Assembly (NCBI GenBank): GCA_039799905.1
Contig: JBDLRP010000041.1
Coordinates: forward strand, 64,001-128,000
Length of the DNA stretch: 64,000 bases
Source of the DNA: Pseudomonadota bacterium
GTDB lineage: Bacteria; Bdellovibrionota_B; Oligoflexia; Silvanigrellales; Silvanigrellaceae
Reading direction: 5' to 3'
Numbering within the stretch: the first letter of the stretch is position 1; every line of letters begins with the position of its first letter. Shown in pieces: positions 48,177 to 57,413 of this stretch. The notes beneath the pieces are model-generated. The model saw only the letters and a list, made by a program, of their open reading frames with translations. It searched no databases and was not told where the DNA came from. Made by a program: the position numbers and the translations under genes.

Positions 48177-49496
48177 TCAAACCGCACGATCAGAAAGTGT
48201 TTCCACCGGATCAATACGCATCACTTCAACAGCAGGCCATACCGAAGCGATGACAGAAAGAATCACGCTGCCAACACTGACCATCAACAAATCAGGCCAC
48301 GAGATCAAAACCGGCAGCCCACGCCCGGAATAGGCATCCTGCAGAACAGGCAACGGCATTTTCGAAACAAATTGGAGAACGATCAGACCAACAGACAAAC
48401 CCAGTGCAACTCCCAAAATCCCGATACTGCCACCCTTGAAAAGGTACAACAGACCGAGGTCAGTCCGACGCAGCCCTATGGAGCGAAGAATCGCCATTTC
48501 TCGCGATTTGCGCCGCACCGCAAGCACAAGTGTGATCGTGATGCTGAAACAGCCAACGAGAATGACCATGTACAACACAAAAGACATTCCCCAGCGCTCC
48601 AAGCGCAGGGCTTTGAGGAGCGCCTTGTTGGACTCCGTCCACGGTTTCGCGCGGAGTTTCTCCGCACCGAGAGCCGCATCTATTTTCTTGGCAATTCGCT
48701 CAGCATCAAGCGGCTCTTTGAGTGCGACTTGAATCCCGGACCATTCATTTTCAGCGTCGATGAACTTTTGCACGACCTGCATGCGGGTGAACACGACTTT
48801 TGAATCATGCGTCACCGAACCGGTTTTGAACGACGTCAGAACAACAACCGGCTGCTGTGTGGGAGCAAATCCGCCGATCCCCTCATCAGGTTGCGTAGAC
48901 ACCATCGTCAGTCGCTGACCGACGTCAGAATCGATTGCCTCAAGCAGAGTTTCACCGGCAATCATGGCCGGAAAACGGCCGCCAGAATGATACGTATCAT
49001 CATCAGGTTCAACATCATCTTTGAGATCGGCGAGAGTTTTCTCTGACGAAGATAAGTAGCCTGCGAACCCCATCGCGTCGTCGGCTGTGCCGACATCAAC
49101 TCCCCACAGCAAAGCTGTGATTGGCTTTCTGCCGGACTGCAGAATGACGTCTGTTTTCACAAATGGCGAAACGGCAACAATGTCGTCCGACAAAGCGCGA
49201 ATGCGGCTGAGCAGTTGCGGATCGCTAGGAATACGCCCGAACCCTTCGCGCACAACGATTTCCAAATGAGGTTCGACGACCAGCAGGCGCTTTTTAAGAC
49301 CATGAACAAAGCCGCCCATGACACTCAGGATCACCGTAAATGCGCACACGCCGACGGCGATTCCGGCCATCGGCAGAGCAACGCCAAGGGTCGCCTGCGT
49401 CTTGCGCCTGCGTCCCCACCAAGAAGACAACAGATATCGCTTCAGGAGAAAAAGCACGGCACCCCGACCAGACACTGCCGGCAGATCAGTTCGCAC
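48177..49496 (-). CDS. lolE: Lipoprotein-releasing ABC transporter permease (LolC/E family)
   Basis: GIAVGV...ILSVMGGF TM1, EMAILRSIG, C-terminal WPA...IDPVETL; start placed at GTG 49496 after GGAG. Confidence 0.88.
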   Translation of the reverse strand: MRTDLPAVSGRGAVLFLLKRYLLSSWWGRRRKTQATLGVALPMAGIAVGVCAFTVILSVMGGFVHGLKKRLLVVEPHLEIVVREGFGRIPSDPQLLSRIRALSDDIVAVSPFVKTDVILQSGRKPITALLWGVDVGTADDAMGFAGYLSSSEKTLADLKDDVEPDDDTYHSGGRFPAMIAGETLLEAIDSDVGQRLTMVSTQPDEGIGGFAPTQQPVVVLTSFKTGSVTHDSKVVFTRMQVVQKFIDAENEWSGIQVALKEPLDAERIAKKIDAALGAEKLRAKPWTESNKALLKALRLERWGMSFVLYMVILVGCFSITITLVLAVRRKSREMAILRSIGLRRTDLGLLYLFKGGSIGILGVALGLSVGLIVLQFVSKMPLPVLQDAYSGRGLPVLISWPDLLMVSVGSVILSVIASVWPAVEVMRIDPVETLSDRAV

Positions 49497-50220
49497 TTGG
49501 GGCACTCTCCAAAAGTTTCTGCAATCCAGAGACAAGGGCAGTGGCGGATGCGTAAATATCTGCAGGAGTGGCGTCATCGAACATATAAGCGGGTGCACTG
49601 ACCAATCGGTGCAAGTGGTCGACACATGCTTCGCCAGCACGGGTGGCAGAATGCGCAGCCCCCCAACTTTCAATCGCACGCACTGCATTTTGTGCGGAAC
49701 CATCGCCGAGCGTCAGCTTGGCGCCCTTCAGCTGTCGCTCACGGCACAGAAGGGCCAAGACAACAGGAGCAATACAGAGCGCCGCAAGTGGTTTTTTTGC
49801 ATCCAAAAAAGGCAGTAATGCCACCTTAACATCGCTCTCGAGCTTTGCATCCGCACCAGCAAATGCAAAATTACACAAATTCTTAGCAGCACCAAAACCA
49901 CCTGCGAGCAAAACCGCTGCGTAATTTTCACTCTTGAGCTGTTCGATACTGCGCACATGACCCCGCGCAATGCGCGCAGCTTCATGCAACTGATTGCGAC
50001 TTTCATGAGCAATCTCTTGCCCCGTCAGATGATCAATGACGTGGTGAAGCTTGCGATCGGGGGCAAAACAATCAAAAGCGATCCCCTTTTGACTGAGCGC
50101 AATGAACAAACTGACAGCTTCCGTGATTTCACTGCCGTCTTTCGCGCCACAACCGCACAGAACGACGGCAACCCGAGCGGAATTGCGATGGTCCGGATGA
50201 AGAGCGTTCATAATATTCAC
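49486..50220 (-). CDS. elbB: ElbB/GATD3 family glyoxalase (DJ-1 superfamily)
   Basis: VVLCGCGAKDGSEITEA, EAARIARG, GGFGAAKNL, LCIAP, PAYM. Confidence 0.92.
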   Translation of the reverse strand: MNIMNALHPDHRNSARVAVVLCGCGAKDGSEITEAVSLFIALSQKGIAFDCFAPDRKLHHVIDHLTGQEIAHESRNQLHEAARIARGHVRSIEQLKSENYAAVLLAGGFGAAKNLCNFAFAGADAKLESDVKVALLPFLDAKKPLAALCIAPVVLALLCRERQLKGAKLTLGDGSAQNAVRAIESWGAAHSATRAGEACVDHLHRLVSAPAYMFDDATPADIYASATALVSGLQKLLESAPSAN

Positions 50221-50309
50221 CCCTTAGTGTTGCACGGATGGAGGAGGCCTGAATGTTCACCAACAGACTGTCCGACCCTTCCGTAAGCGGAACCCACAGG
50301 TTATAGACC

Positions 50310-50330
50310 CTTGACGACAGTGTCATCAAG
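50310..50330. promoter_or_regulatory. Near-perfect palindrome (operator candidate) between divergent elbB and kamA
   Basis: cttgacgaca-g-tgtcatcaag, 9 of 10 positions symmetric. Confidence 0.45.
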
Positions 50331-50341
50331 AGGATGAGTCC

Positions 50342-51538
50342 ATGCCTTTTCGTTCGCCTAATGAGCTTCATCTGCGCTCGGCAACCCGCCGTGAGGACAT
50401 CACCGCGCGCGGAGCCCGCCTTTTTGGTGTCAGTTGTGAGCAATTCACCAACTGGCGATGGCAAATGAAAAATCAGCTGAGCTCGGCCGACGACGCCCTC
50501 AAAGTGATGCAGCTGTCAGCGTCGGAACGTGAGGCTTTCGAAGCGCTGCGTGAATCCTTTCAGGCAGGTATTACTCCCTATTATCTGGCGCTCATGAATC
50601 TAGAAAATGAGTTTGATCCGGTCCGCCTGCAAGCAATGCCACGGCTTGAGGAACTCGGCGACCGCATCGGAGTAGCAGATCCTTTGCAGGAAGTGGGCAA
50701 CTCACCGGTCAAGGAAGTTGTGCACGTTTATCCGGATCGGGTGGCATTCTGCGTTGCACAGCTGTGTCCGGTCTATTGCCGTTATTGTTTCAGAAAGAGG
50801 CGCGATGAAGAGGTCGGCCTGCACTTTAATCCCAAGATCGTTGATCAGGGACTTGAATACATCGCCAGCCAGCCGCGGATCCGTGATGTCTTAATTACTG
50901 GCGGAGATCCGCTGGTTGCTCAGGATGGCACACTGGAAAACCTTTTGCGCCGCCTGCGCGAGATTCCGCATGTTGAAATAGTCCGAATCGGCACACGCGT
51001 ACCGGTGACACTGCCCTACCGCATCACCGAAGAGCTGGCCGACATGCTGGCACAATTTCATCCGCTCTGGATCAACACACATTTCAATTGTCCGGAGGAA
51101 CTGACCCCTGAGGCCGCTGCCGCAATCGACACTCTGCTGAGTCGCGGCATTCCGGTGGGCAATCAGAGCGTTTTGCTGGCCGGCGTCAACGACACGGGCG
51201 AGCGTCTTAAATCGATGCTCGAGGGTTTGGTCAAAATGCGCGTGCGGCCTTATTATCTTTATCAGGCACAGACTGTTGAAGGAACCGCCCACCTGCGCGT
51301 GCCCATCGAAAAAGGCTTGGATCTGATGCGCAGTCTGCGCGGCAACACCACCGGTTTTGCGATCCCGCAATATGTGCTCGACACTCCGAGTGGAAAAATC
51401 CCAATCTCTCCGAATCACGTTCTGGGCCGTGCCGACGACGATGTTGTCTTGCTGGATCTTAAAAACAAAGCTTGGCGTGAGGCCAATCCATTGGCCGGAT
51501 ACGTCAGTCCTGTTCCTCTGCATTCACCGGAACTCTAG
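50342..51538 (+). CDS. KamA family radical SAM protein (lysine 2,3-aminomutase-like)
   Basis: HVYPDRV, CPVYCRYCFRK, ITGGDPL, NQSVLLAGVND, VRPYYL, YVLDTPSGK. Confidence 0.92.
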   Translation: MPFRSPNELHLRSATRREDITARGARLFGVSCEQFTNWRWQMKNQLSSADDALKVMQLSASEREAFEALRESFQAGITPYYLALMNLENEFDPVRLQAMPRLEELGDRIGVADPLQEVGNSPVKEVVHVYPDRVAFCVAQLCPVYCRYCFRKRRDEEVGLHFNPKIVDQGLEYIASQPRIRDVLITGGDPLVAQDGTLENLLRRLREIPHVEIVRIGTRVPVTLPYRITEELADMLAQFHPLWINTHFNCPEELTPEAAAAIDTLLSRGIPVGNQSVLLAGVNDTGERLKSMLEGLVKMRVRPYYLYQAQTVEGTAHLRVPIEKGLDLMRSLRGNTTGFAIPQYVLDTPSGKIPISPNHVLGRADDDVVLLDLKNKAWREANPLAGYVSPVPLHSPEL

Positions 51539-52337
51539 GACTACGCTCGGGGCGCAGCAGGCCTTCCGGTTTCTCAGGACGATCCGACAACTTCCTCTTA
51601 AAATATTTCACGTTCGCGTATTTGTAGAATCTGCGTAAAACGTCACGATATTCTGAGCGGCGGGTGAGCGCGTCCAATTCGCCGGAAAGAAATAACATGA
51701 CAGAAATCCGAGCGAGGAAATCTTCCTGACGGTCAATCAGAAACGCCGACTTTCCGTTTTGATTGAGCAGCAGAAGAGACGTCTGATGGAGTCCCCAGAC
51801 GAACAACCAATGCGCGCGCGGAAAATCCTGACTGATGCGCAGGCGCATCGCTTCAAGCTCAAGTTCTCCGGCCGAAGCCTGAGAAGCAAAAGCCCGAGCG
51901 TATGAATTCCATTCACGCTGCATTGGTTGGTAAGGACTGATCACTTCTGCATGGGCGTTAATAAATTGCAGCAGATCGGAGTGTGCAACGCCACGCGGCA
52001 GCGGAAGCCGGGCGACACTCTGACGTGCCGGCATCTTTGGTTTTTGCCGCGGAAGATTCTCCGCTTCGGCAGCCGCCTTTACCTCGGGAGTCACTGTCAC
52101 GTCGGGTGTCGCCGCAGCTCCAGGAGTGCCTATCAATGCGGGGGGCGCTGCTATTTCAGGAGTCGCCTTAGCACCATCGGACGGAGCATCCTCGCCCACA
52201 ATTCGTTCAATCACCTCGTCCTTTTCTTGAGGGCTGACCGACTTGCAAGCCGACAAAACAATCGCGACTGTCAGCATCGAGACGCAAGACAGCCCAAGGC
52301 GGCGAAAATCATTAACGCGCAGCAAAGGGTAGAGCAT
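51504..52337 (-). CDS. Hypothetical lipoprotein
   Basis: LSAC lipobox, Pro/Ala linker, helical C-terminal domain; start uncertain. Confidence 0.6.
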   Translation of the reverse strand: MLYPLLRVNDFRRLGLSCVSMLTVAIVLSACKSVSPQEKDEVIERIVGEDAPSDGAKATPEIAAPPALIGTPGAAATPDVTVTPEVKAAAEAENLPRQKPKMPARQSVARLPLPRGVAHSDLLQFINAHAEVISPYQPMQREWNSYARAFASQASAGELELEAMRLRISQDFPRAHWLFVWGLHQTSLLLLNQNGKSAFLIDRQEDFLARISVMLFLSGELDALTRRSEYRDVLRRFYKYANVKYFKRKLSDRPEKPEGLLRPERSPRVPVNAEEQD

Positions 52338-53118
52338 CAACAGAAGTTCCCATGGAAATTTGCAGTCCCGTGCGCAACCGCAACTGCACAGGCCAAGCTG
52401 CATGCACCCCTGCGAATGCTTCAAATCTAAAAAGTGAACTGCAATCAGCGCCAAAACCAAGCTGCAGACCAACCCCCGGAAGGTTGAGTGCCGTCTTGGA
52501 AGCTGTGTCGGAGCGGGGAATCACCGCAGCGCCGGCCGTTCTCTCGGCAGTGATGATCCGTACGGGCGTGTAAGCCACTGCAGCTGACCACTGCCACGCA
52601 AACAGACCCTCTGAAAAATCGGGTATCTTCATGAATGACGCTGACAAACCCAATTCACTCGCGCTGAAATCAGCGTATCCGTCACCTACAAAAAACGGAT
52701 CATTCAATTTGGCAAATTGCCCGCCGTTGTAGAAAAAGGCTTTGGGCCCGAGCGAGTATCTCATACCGCCCGTGCTCCAGTCTGGATGGGTCAGCTCGAA
52801 GCCAACCGACCATGATCCATCAGCCAGCGTCGAAGTGTCACGCGGTGAACGCAGGGCACGCCAGCGCGCGGCATCCGCGCTCCACCACAACAGATAAGCC
52901 TTTTTGACCTTTTGCTGATTTTGAATCAGCTGCTCTTTCAGACGCTCAACTGGCAACACCACTGTTTCTGAAGGTGGCGATGATTTTGGGGAAAAGGTGC
53001 CAGCTGCTGGTTTTGAATCAATCACACCAGCACGTTCAAGCCTCTGTTTTCGTTCTGCATCGCTCTCACGCCGCCATTCGACGGCGGGTGGTGGCAATGA
53101 ATCTGGTGATTGCGGCAA
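52312..53118 (-). CDS. Hypothetical protein with beta-barrel-like C-terminal half
   Basis: Alternating amphipathic strands (WSVGFELT, GVGLQLGFG, RFEAFAG); no clear signal peptide, start uncertain. Confidence 0.55.
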   Translation of the reverse strand: MPQSPDSLPPPAVEWRRESDAERKQRLERAGVIDSKPAAGTFSPKSSPPSETVVLPVERLKEQLIQNQQKVKKAYLLWWSADAARWRALRSPRDTSTLADGSWSVGFELTHPDWSTGGMRYSLGPKAFFYNGGQFAKLNDPFFVGDGYADFSASELGLSASFMKIPDFSEGLFAWQWSAAVAYTPVRIITAERTAGAAVIPRSDTASKTALNLPGVGLQLGFGADCSSLFRFEAFAGVHAAWPVQLRLRTGLQISMGTSVDALPFAAR

Positions 53119-53212
53119 AACGACACCCCCAAGCCTTTAAGCTAACCCAGCCAGCGAGAAACTGCAGCTCGACAAAATTCAGACAGCATTTCACCAAATC
53201 GACATTGGGCAT

Positions 53213-54025
53213 TTGCAATCCCTGACGCACAATAAAAGTGCATCAAAGGGAGCGCGGGTGAGCCTTCTAATCTCTGACATAGCCATCACACAGGAATTAG
53301 GTCTGATTGCGGCTGTCGCGTCCGCAGTCGGGCTGTATCTTGCAATTGCGCTGCAAACCTCAAAACGAAGAAGAAATTCAAATCATGCTGCCGCGCATGC
53401 CTTGCGTGATTCTCAACAGAGCGAACTCGCCTGGGATGACCGTCAAGCCCTCTTCTGGCGCCATTCACTAGGCACTCTGAGCTCGACTTCCGACCTGTTT
53501 TTTATTTCGGCATTCTCGGCAGAGCTCCTGCAAAAACGCACTCAGAATGCTTTGGTGACCCAGAGGGAAAGTAAAATATGTGTGTCCCGCTCCGCACAGG
53601 ACAGTGAAAAACTTATTCATCCTCTGATAAAGAAAATCGAATCACGGCTACGGAGGGCAGAGCTGCGGCCGAGACCCCGTCTGAGGATCTTCAGACAAAC
53701 CATGCCGTTTCCGCTTTTCTCCTCAACACGCCCCGATATTGAATTGAGTACCTATGTACTCAACTTTCTCGATGCGTGCATCGACTTGTCGATGTCATGC
53801 GACACTCAGGTCAACTTTAATTTCAAGACCGATAACGATGGAATCTGCATCGCGGCAGAGTGGAAAAAGAATCAGCTGATCGCCGATGCCACAGCGCAAA
53901 TCGAATTGCTGGACAACATGCGGCTGACCATGAGCGGCGACATGGTGAAGTGGGAATATCAGATTTTCGACAGCGGCTCTGCGCTGAACACCGAGGCTCC
54001 GCTGGACGAAGCCATCTCAGCATAA
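53213..54025 (+). CDS. Hypothetical membrane-anchored protein
   Basis: 270-aa ORF with one N-terminal TM followed by a basic stretch; no family recognised. Confidence 0.55.
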   Translation: MQSLTHNKSASKGARVSLLISDIAITQELGLIAAVASAVGLYLAIALQTSKRRRNSNHAAAHALRDSQQSELAWDDRQALFWRHSLGTLSSTSDLFFISAFSAELLQKRTQNALVTQRESKICVSRSAQDSEKLIHPLIKKIESRLRRAELRPRPRLRIFRQTMPFPLFSSTRPDIELSTYVLNFLDACIDLSMSCDTQVNFNFKTDNDGICIAAEWKKNQLIADATAQIELLDNMRLTMSGDMVKWEYQIFDSGSALNTEAPLDEAISA

Positions 54026-54039
54026 GACTGCGTCAGACC

Positions 54040-54327
54040 TTACTTCTTCGACTTTTTGGAAGTTCTTTGGATCTTCTTACGCAGGTTCTCGCTCGTCACA
54101 GCGTTCTCACGGAACGGTGCCGTGTGGGCAGATGAGCCGTAGATACCTTTGTCGTATTGTGGAGCCAGCCACGGATACACCTCGTCCTCGCGGTCGAGAA
54201 CACCGTAGGTTTTGGCGCTGATGAGCTCGCTGCTGTTTTCGGGCTCAGCAGATTGTTGACTCGACACGCACGCCGGAATGAGCTGAGCGGTCAGTGCAAA
54301 AAAGATAAGAAATTTTCTTTTGGTCAT
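54040..54327 (-). CDS. Small hypothetical lipoprotein
   Basis: MTKRKFLIFFALTAQLIPAC signal II-like sequence; GGAG SD. Confidence 0.65.
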   Translation of the reverse strand: MTKRKFLIFFALTAQLIPACVSSQQSAEPENSSELISAKTYGVLDREDEVYPWLAPQYDKGIYGSSAHTAPFRENAVTSENLRKKIQRTSKKSKK

Positions 54328-54448
54328 AACACACGCTCTCCGAATCGGGCCGTGCCTCCAAACGAGAAGGCCCCCGCGAAGAGGAGCAAGTCCCGAGCCA
54401 GCAATACGATCGCTGGAATCACTGGGAGTTTTTGGGACTTTGAATCCA

Positions 54449-54505
54449 TATTTGTATAAAAACTAAACAATCCATGCCGATTTTTTAAACAGAGCAAATA
54501 GACAT
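54449..54505. promoter_or_regulatory. Candidate CarH-type operator (11-bp direct repeats)
   Basis: tAttTgtATAa (54449), aAacTaaACAa (54460), ttttTaaACAg (54482) in 11-bp phase, plus cAaaTagACAt (54495); these match nAnnTnnACAn. Confidence 0.5.
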
Positions 54506-54640
54506 AATATCGTCGGATGCAGTTCTTGAGTCACTTGCTGGCAAAGATTAAATTCGGGGAATATACCGACAATATCTTCGGCTTAATTGAAATGAATGTA
54601 ACGTCGAAAAGATACGCAGACCTTGGTGTTACAGAGGCTC

Positions 54641-55645
54641 ATGAAGGACGAAAAGAAACATCTCACCATTCAGGAGCTGGCAGGAATTGTCGGCGTTTCG
54701 ACCTCGGCGTTGAGGGCTTGGGAACGTCGTTATGCCATATTTTCACCCGAAAGAACCCGCGGCGGACACAGACTCTACACCCAAGAAGACCTCAAACTGT
54801 TTTGGTTTGTCACACATCTGCGCGGACAGGGTCACGACCTGCGAAAAATTTCCACGCAGGGACGTGACGACCTTCTCAAACAGGCGCAGTCGTTTTTCGA
54901 ATTGAAGGCCCCTCCCAAAGCCGAAAACACAGACAAACCGGATGGAGTGCTGCCCGCCCCTTTTGAAGCCATTCTGACTGCCCTGCGAAAAGACAACATG
55001 GAAGCTGCGATCCGTGCCCTCGAACAGGTCTATGCACTTTCCGAAAGTGCACTGGCATTCGCCGACAGTGCGCTCGATTTGATGGTTCAGGTTGGCGATT
55101 ACTGGCATCGAGGCGAAATTACTGTCGCGGCAGAACACGCTCTGACCTCGCGCTTGAAACACATGCTCTTAGGGCTTTTTTATCTGAACGATTCAATGAG
55201 CGCCGACGATGAAATGCCATTGGCGGTATGTGCCACTCTTCCGCACGAATTGCATGAGCTCGGCCTTCTGCGGGTTGCACTGTACCTCAAGACTTGGGGT
55301 TTCCGCGTCACGTATCTGGGTGCCAACACACCGGTCGCAGACCTTGAGGAGTACTGTGCGCGCAGGCAACCAACACTTGTCGTTGTCAGTTGTGCATCTT
55401 CACTGAACGTAACGAGCATGCTTTTGTCGTTTCAAAAGTTGAGCCTTCTTGTTGCCCCGCATGCACCGGTTGTGGTCGGCGGATCAGGCGTCGGAGTGAT
55501 TGCCCAAAATCATCCGGACGTCAGGAATCTCATACTGCTGCGCAAACTCGACGACCTCGAAAAAGTAGTCAGGTTGTCGCACAAAAATCGCAGCATGCCG
55601 GCGATGGAACGATTCAAGCTCATTAAAGATGAATTGGTGAGCTGA
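54641..55645 (+). CDS. MerR-family cobalamin-binding regulator (CarH/LitR/CarA-like)
   Basis: MerR HTH (LRAWERRY...RTRGGHRLY), W-x9-EH motif (WHRGEITVAAEH), ELHELG B12 motif, YLGANTP. Confidence 0.9.
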   Translation: MKDEKKHLTIQELAGIVGVSTSALRAWERRYAIFSPERTRGGHRLYTQEDLKLFWFVTHLRGQGHDLRKISTQGRDDLLKQAQSFFELKAPPKAENTDKPDGVLPAPFEAILTALRKDNMEAAIRALEQVYALSESALAFADSALDLMVQVGDYWHRGEITVAAEHALTSRLKHMLLGLFYLNDSMSADDEMPLAVCATLPHELHELGLLRVALYLKTWGFRVTYLGANTPVADLEEYCARRQPTLVVVSCASSLNVTSMLLSFQKLSLLVAPHAPVVVGGSGVGVIAQNHPDVRNLILLRKLDDLEKVVRLSHKNRSMPAMERFKLIKDELVS

Positions 55646-56372
55646 ATTCCGCAATCGAAAGCGAAACGCGGATATTTGTCCGCCCCAAGCGCAAAACATC
55701 GCCCTGATTTAATTTTTTCTGCCCTGCGAGTTTCTCCTCATTGACGAATGTTCCATTGGCGGACCCGAGGTCCTCGACCTGAACATCGCCATCGGCAGTC
55801 ACCTTCAGTTTTGCGTGTTTTCTGGATGCCTCTTCATCTTCAGCGAGAAGTGGAACAGGACCAGCACGTCCGAGCACCAGCTCAACCACAGGAACAACAT
55901 GTGTGGCGAGGCGCCCGTCGCGGGATTCGATTGTCAGTTTGATTTGCACGTCGCTTGAACACAACTCGGCTTCTTTTTGAATCAATTCGGAGATCTGCTG
56001 TGAAAACTGGCTGCGCTCCTCCTCGGAAATTCTCTTGCACCACGTTTTCACCAAGGTCATGGGATCGGCTGCTTCGGCTCCGGAAGGCCATTCGATGACA
56101 CGAAAGTTGACCGCACCGATACGCAATGAGTCGCCTGAACGGAGGCGATTGCGATCGACCCGCTGGCCATTGAGAAAAGTTCCGTTGCGACTGGCATGGT
56201 CGACAACAATGAGCTCGCCCGCATTCAATTGAACAGAACAATGCTTGCCCGAAACCTCCGTGTCTTCGATTAGCAAATCGCCCACCGAACGACCAATGAT
56301 GAGAGAACTCGAAGACATTGGCAGGATCTCTCCGGCCCGTTGTCCTTCCATGATTTGAAGAGCAAATGGCAT
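55623..56372 (-). CDS. Tandem FHA-domain protein
   Basis: Two canonical FHA domains (IGR..VSGKH..SRNGT; LGR..ASRKH..SANGT). Confidence 0.88.
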   Translation of the reverse strand: MPFALQIMEGQRAGEILPMSSSSLIIGRSVGDLLIEDTEVSGKHCSVQLNAGELIVVDHASRNGTFLNGQRVDRNRLRSGDSLRIGAVNFRVIEWPSGAEAADPMTLVKTWCKRISEEERSQFSQQISELIQKEAELCSSDVQIKLTIESRDGRLATHVVPVVELVLGRAGPVPLLAEDEEASRKHAKLKVTADGDVQVEDLGSANGTFVNEEKLAGQKKLNQGDVLRLGRTNIRVSLSIAEFSSPIHL

Positions 56373-56542
56373 TAACGGTTCCTTCATCCGCAAACTTTGG
56401 TTCAAAGCATCCCTTGAAACGACGCCCTGCTCGGCTATTATATCGCAGCGCAAACTCAACTGCGGCAGCAGCGGCGTCATAGATTCTTCCCCAGCTTTGG
56501 GAACGACGCTTTGCCCGCCATTTATGATTCGGAGTGCATGGT

Positions 56543-56800
56543 ATGGAACAAGTCACATCACTCTTCGGGCTTCTCACACTCTCGTTGGGCAACGCGGCTC
56601 TCGTGGGACTCGGGCTCATGCCTGAGCCAGAATCCGGAACCACCGCCAAGAACCTTGACCTTGCCGCTCACAACATCGAACTGCTGACCATGCTTCAGGA
56701 GAAAACAAGGGGCAACCTGTCATCCGAAGAAAAACATTTGCTTGAAGGGCTGCTCTACGACCTCAGACTCAAGTACATTGAAGGTCAGAAAAAGGCGTGA
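56543..56800 (+). CDS. DUF1844 domain protein
   Basis: ALVGLGLMPEP...LAAHNIELLTMLQEKTRGNL..EE..LL...LYDLRLKY. Confidence 0.88.
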   Translation: MEQVTSLFGLLTLSLGNAALVGLGLMPEPESGTTAKNLDLAAHNIELLTMLQEKTRGNLSSEEKHLLEGLLYDLRLKYIEGQKKA

Positions 56801-56826
56801 TAGGTTGAGGCAGAGAGAAAAACTGC

Positions 56827-56864
56827 AGAGTCGGCCGCTTTTTTAAGCAGGTCGATTCTTTTTT
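56827..56864 (+). terminator. Intrinsic terminator/attenuator upstream of greA
   Basis: agagtcggcc-gctt / aagc-a-ggtcgattct stem (two G-U pairs, one bulge) followed by a T6 run. Confidence 0.65.
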
Positions 56865-56890
56865 AGTGAATTGAGATGAAGGGCATTCCA

Positions 56891-57391
56891 ATGACAACCC
56901 CTATTCCTATTACTCCCGCTGGTCTTGAAAAGATTAAAGAGGAGCTCAAGCGTCTCAAGACTGTCGACCGCCCATCGATCATTTCAGAAATTGCCGATGC
57001 GAGAGCCCTCGGCGATTTGTCTGAAAATGCCGAGTACCACTCGGCACGCGAACGGCAGAGCTTCATTGAAGGGCGCATTATGGAACTTGAAGACAAGTTG
57101 ACGCGTCTGCAGGTCATCCAAATTGATCCCGGCACACTCGACAAAGTAGTTTTCGGGGCGTCAGTGCGTCTGCGTGACGTCAGCGAAAACGCAAAGCCAG
57201 AAGAAAAAACATACAAAATCGTCGGAGACCTTGAGGCCGACCTTAAGATGAACGCGATTTCGATTTCCAGCCCGCTGGCTGTATCGCTCATCAACAAAAA
57301 AGTCGGAGAAATCGTTACCGTCAATCTGCCGCGCGGCGAAAAAGAATACGAAATCATCAAGATTTACGTTGAGGCATCTGCACCAAATTAA
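56891..57391 (+). CDS. greA: Transcription elongation factor GreA
   Basis: ARALGDLSENAEYH, VVFGASV, ISISSPLA; ORF is open from 56876. Confidence 0.96.
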   Translation: MTTPIPITPAGLEKIKEELKRLKTVDRPSIISEIADARALGDLSENAEYHSARERQSFIEGRIMELEDKLTRLQVIQIDPGTLDKVVFGASVRLRDVSENAKPEEKTYKIVGDLEADLKMNAISISSPLAVSLINKKVGEIVTVNLPRGEKEYEIIKIYVEASAPN

Positions 57392-57413
57392 AACGGATGG
57401 CACAGTATCCGTT

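Noticed and set aside
53119..53212. Pseudogenised signal peptide for the 52312-53118 barrel-like ORF
   Set aside because: A short hydrophobic stretch (ILSSCSFSLAGLA) lies in frame past a TAA, but a second stop precedes it, so no single lesion clearly restores a start; unsupported without homologues.
54340..54440. Cobalamin riboswitch next to the CarH-like gene (GCCCCCGC, GAGCCAG and CACTGGG fragments)
   Set aside because: The fragments are in the wrong order, and the GGGAA, ACTGT and AGACC elements are missing.
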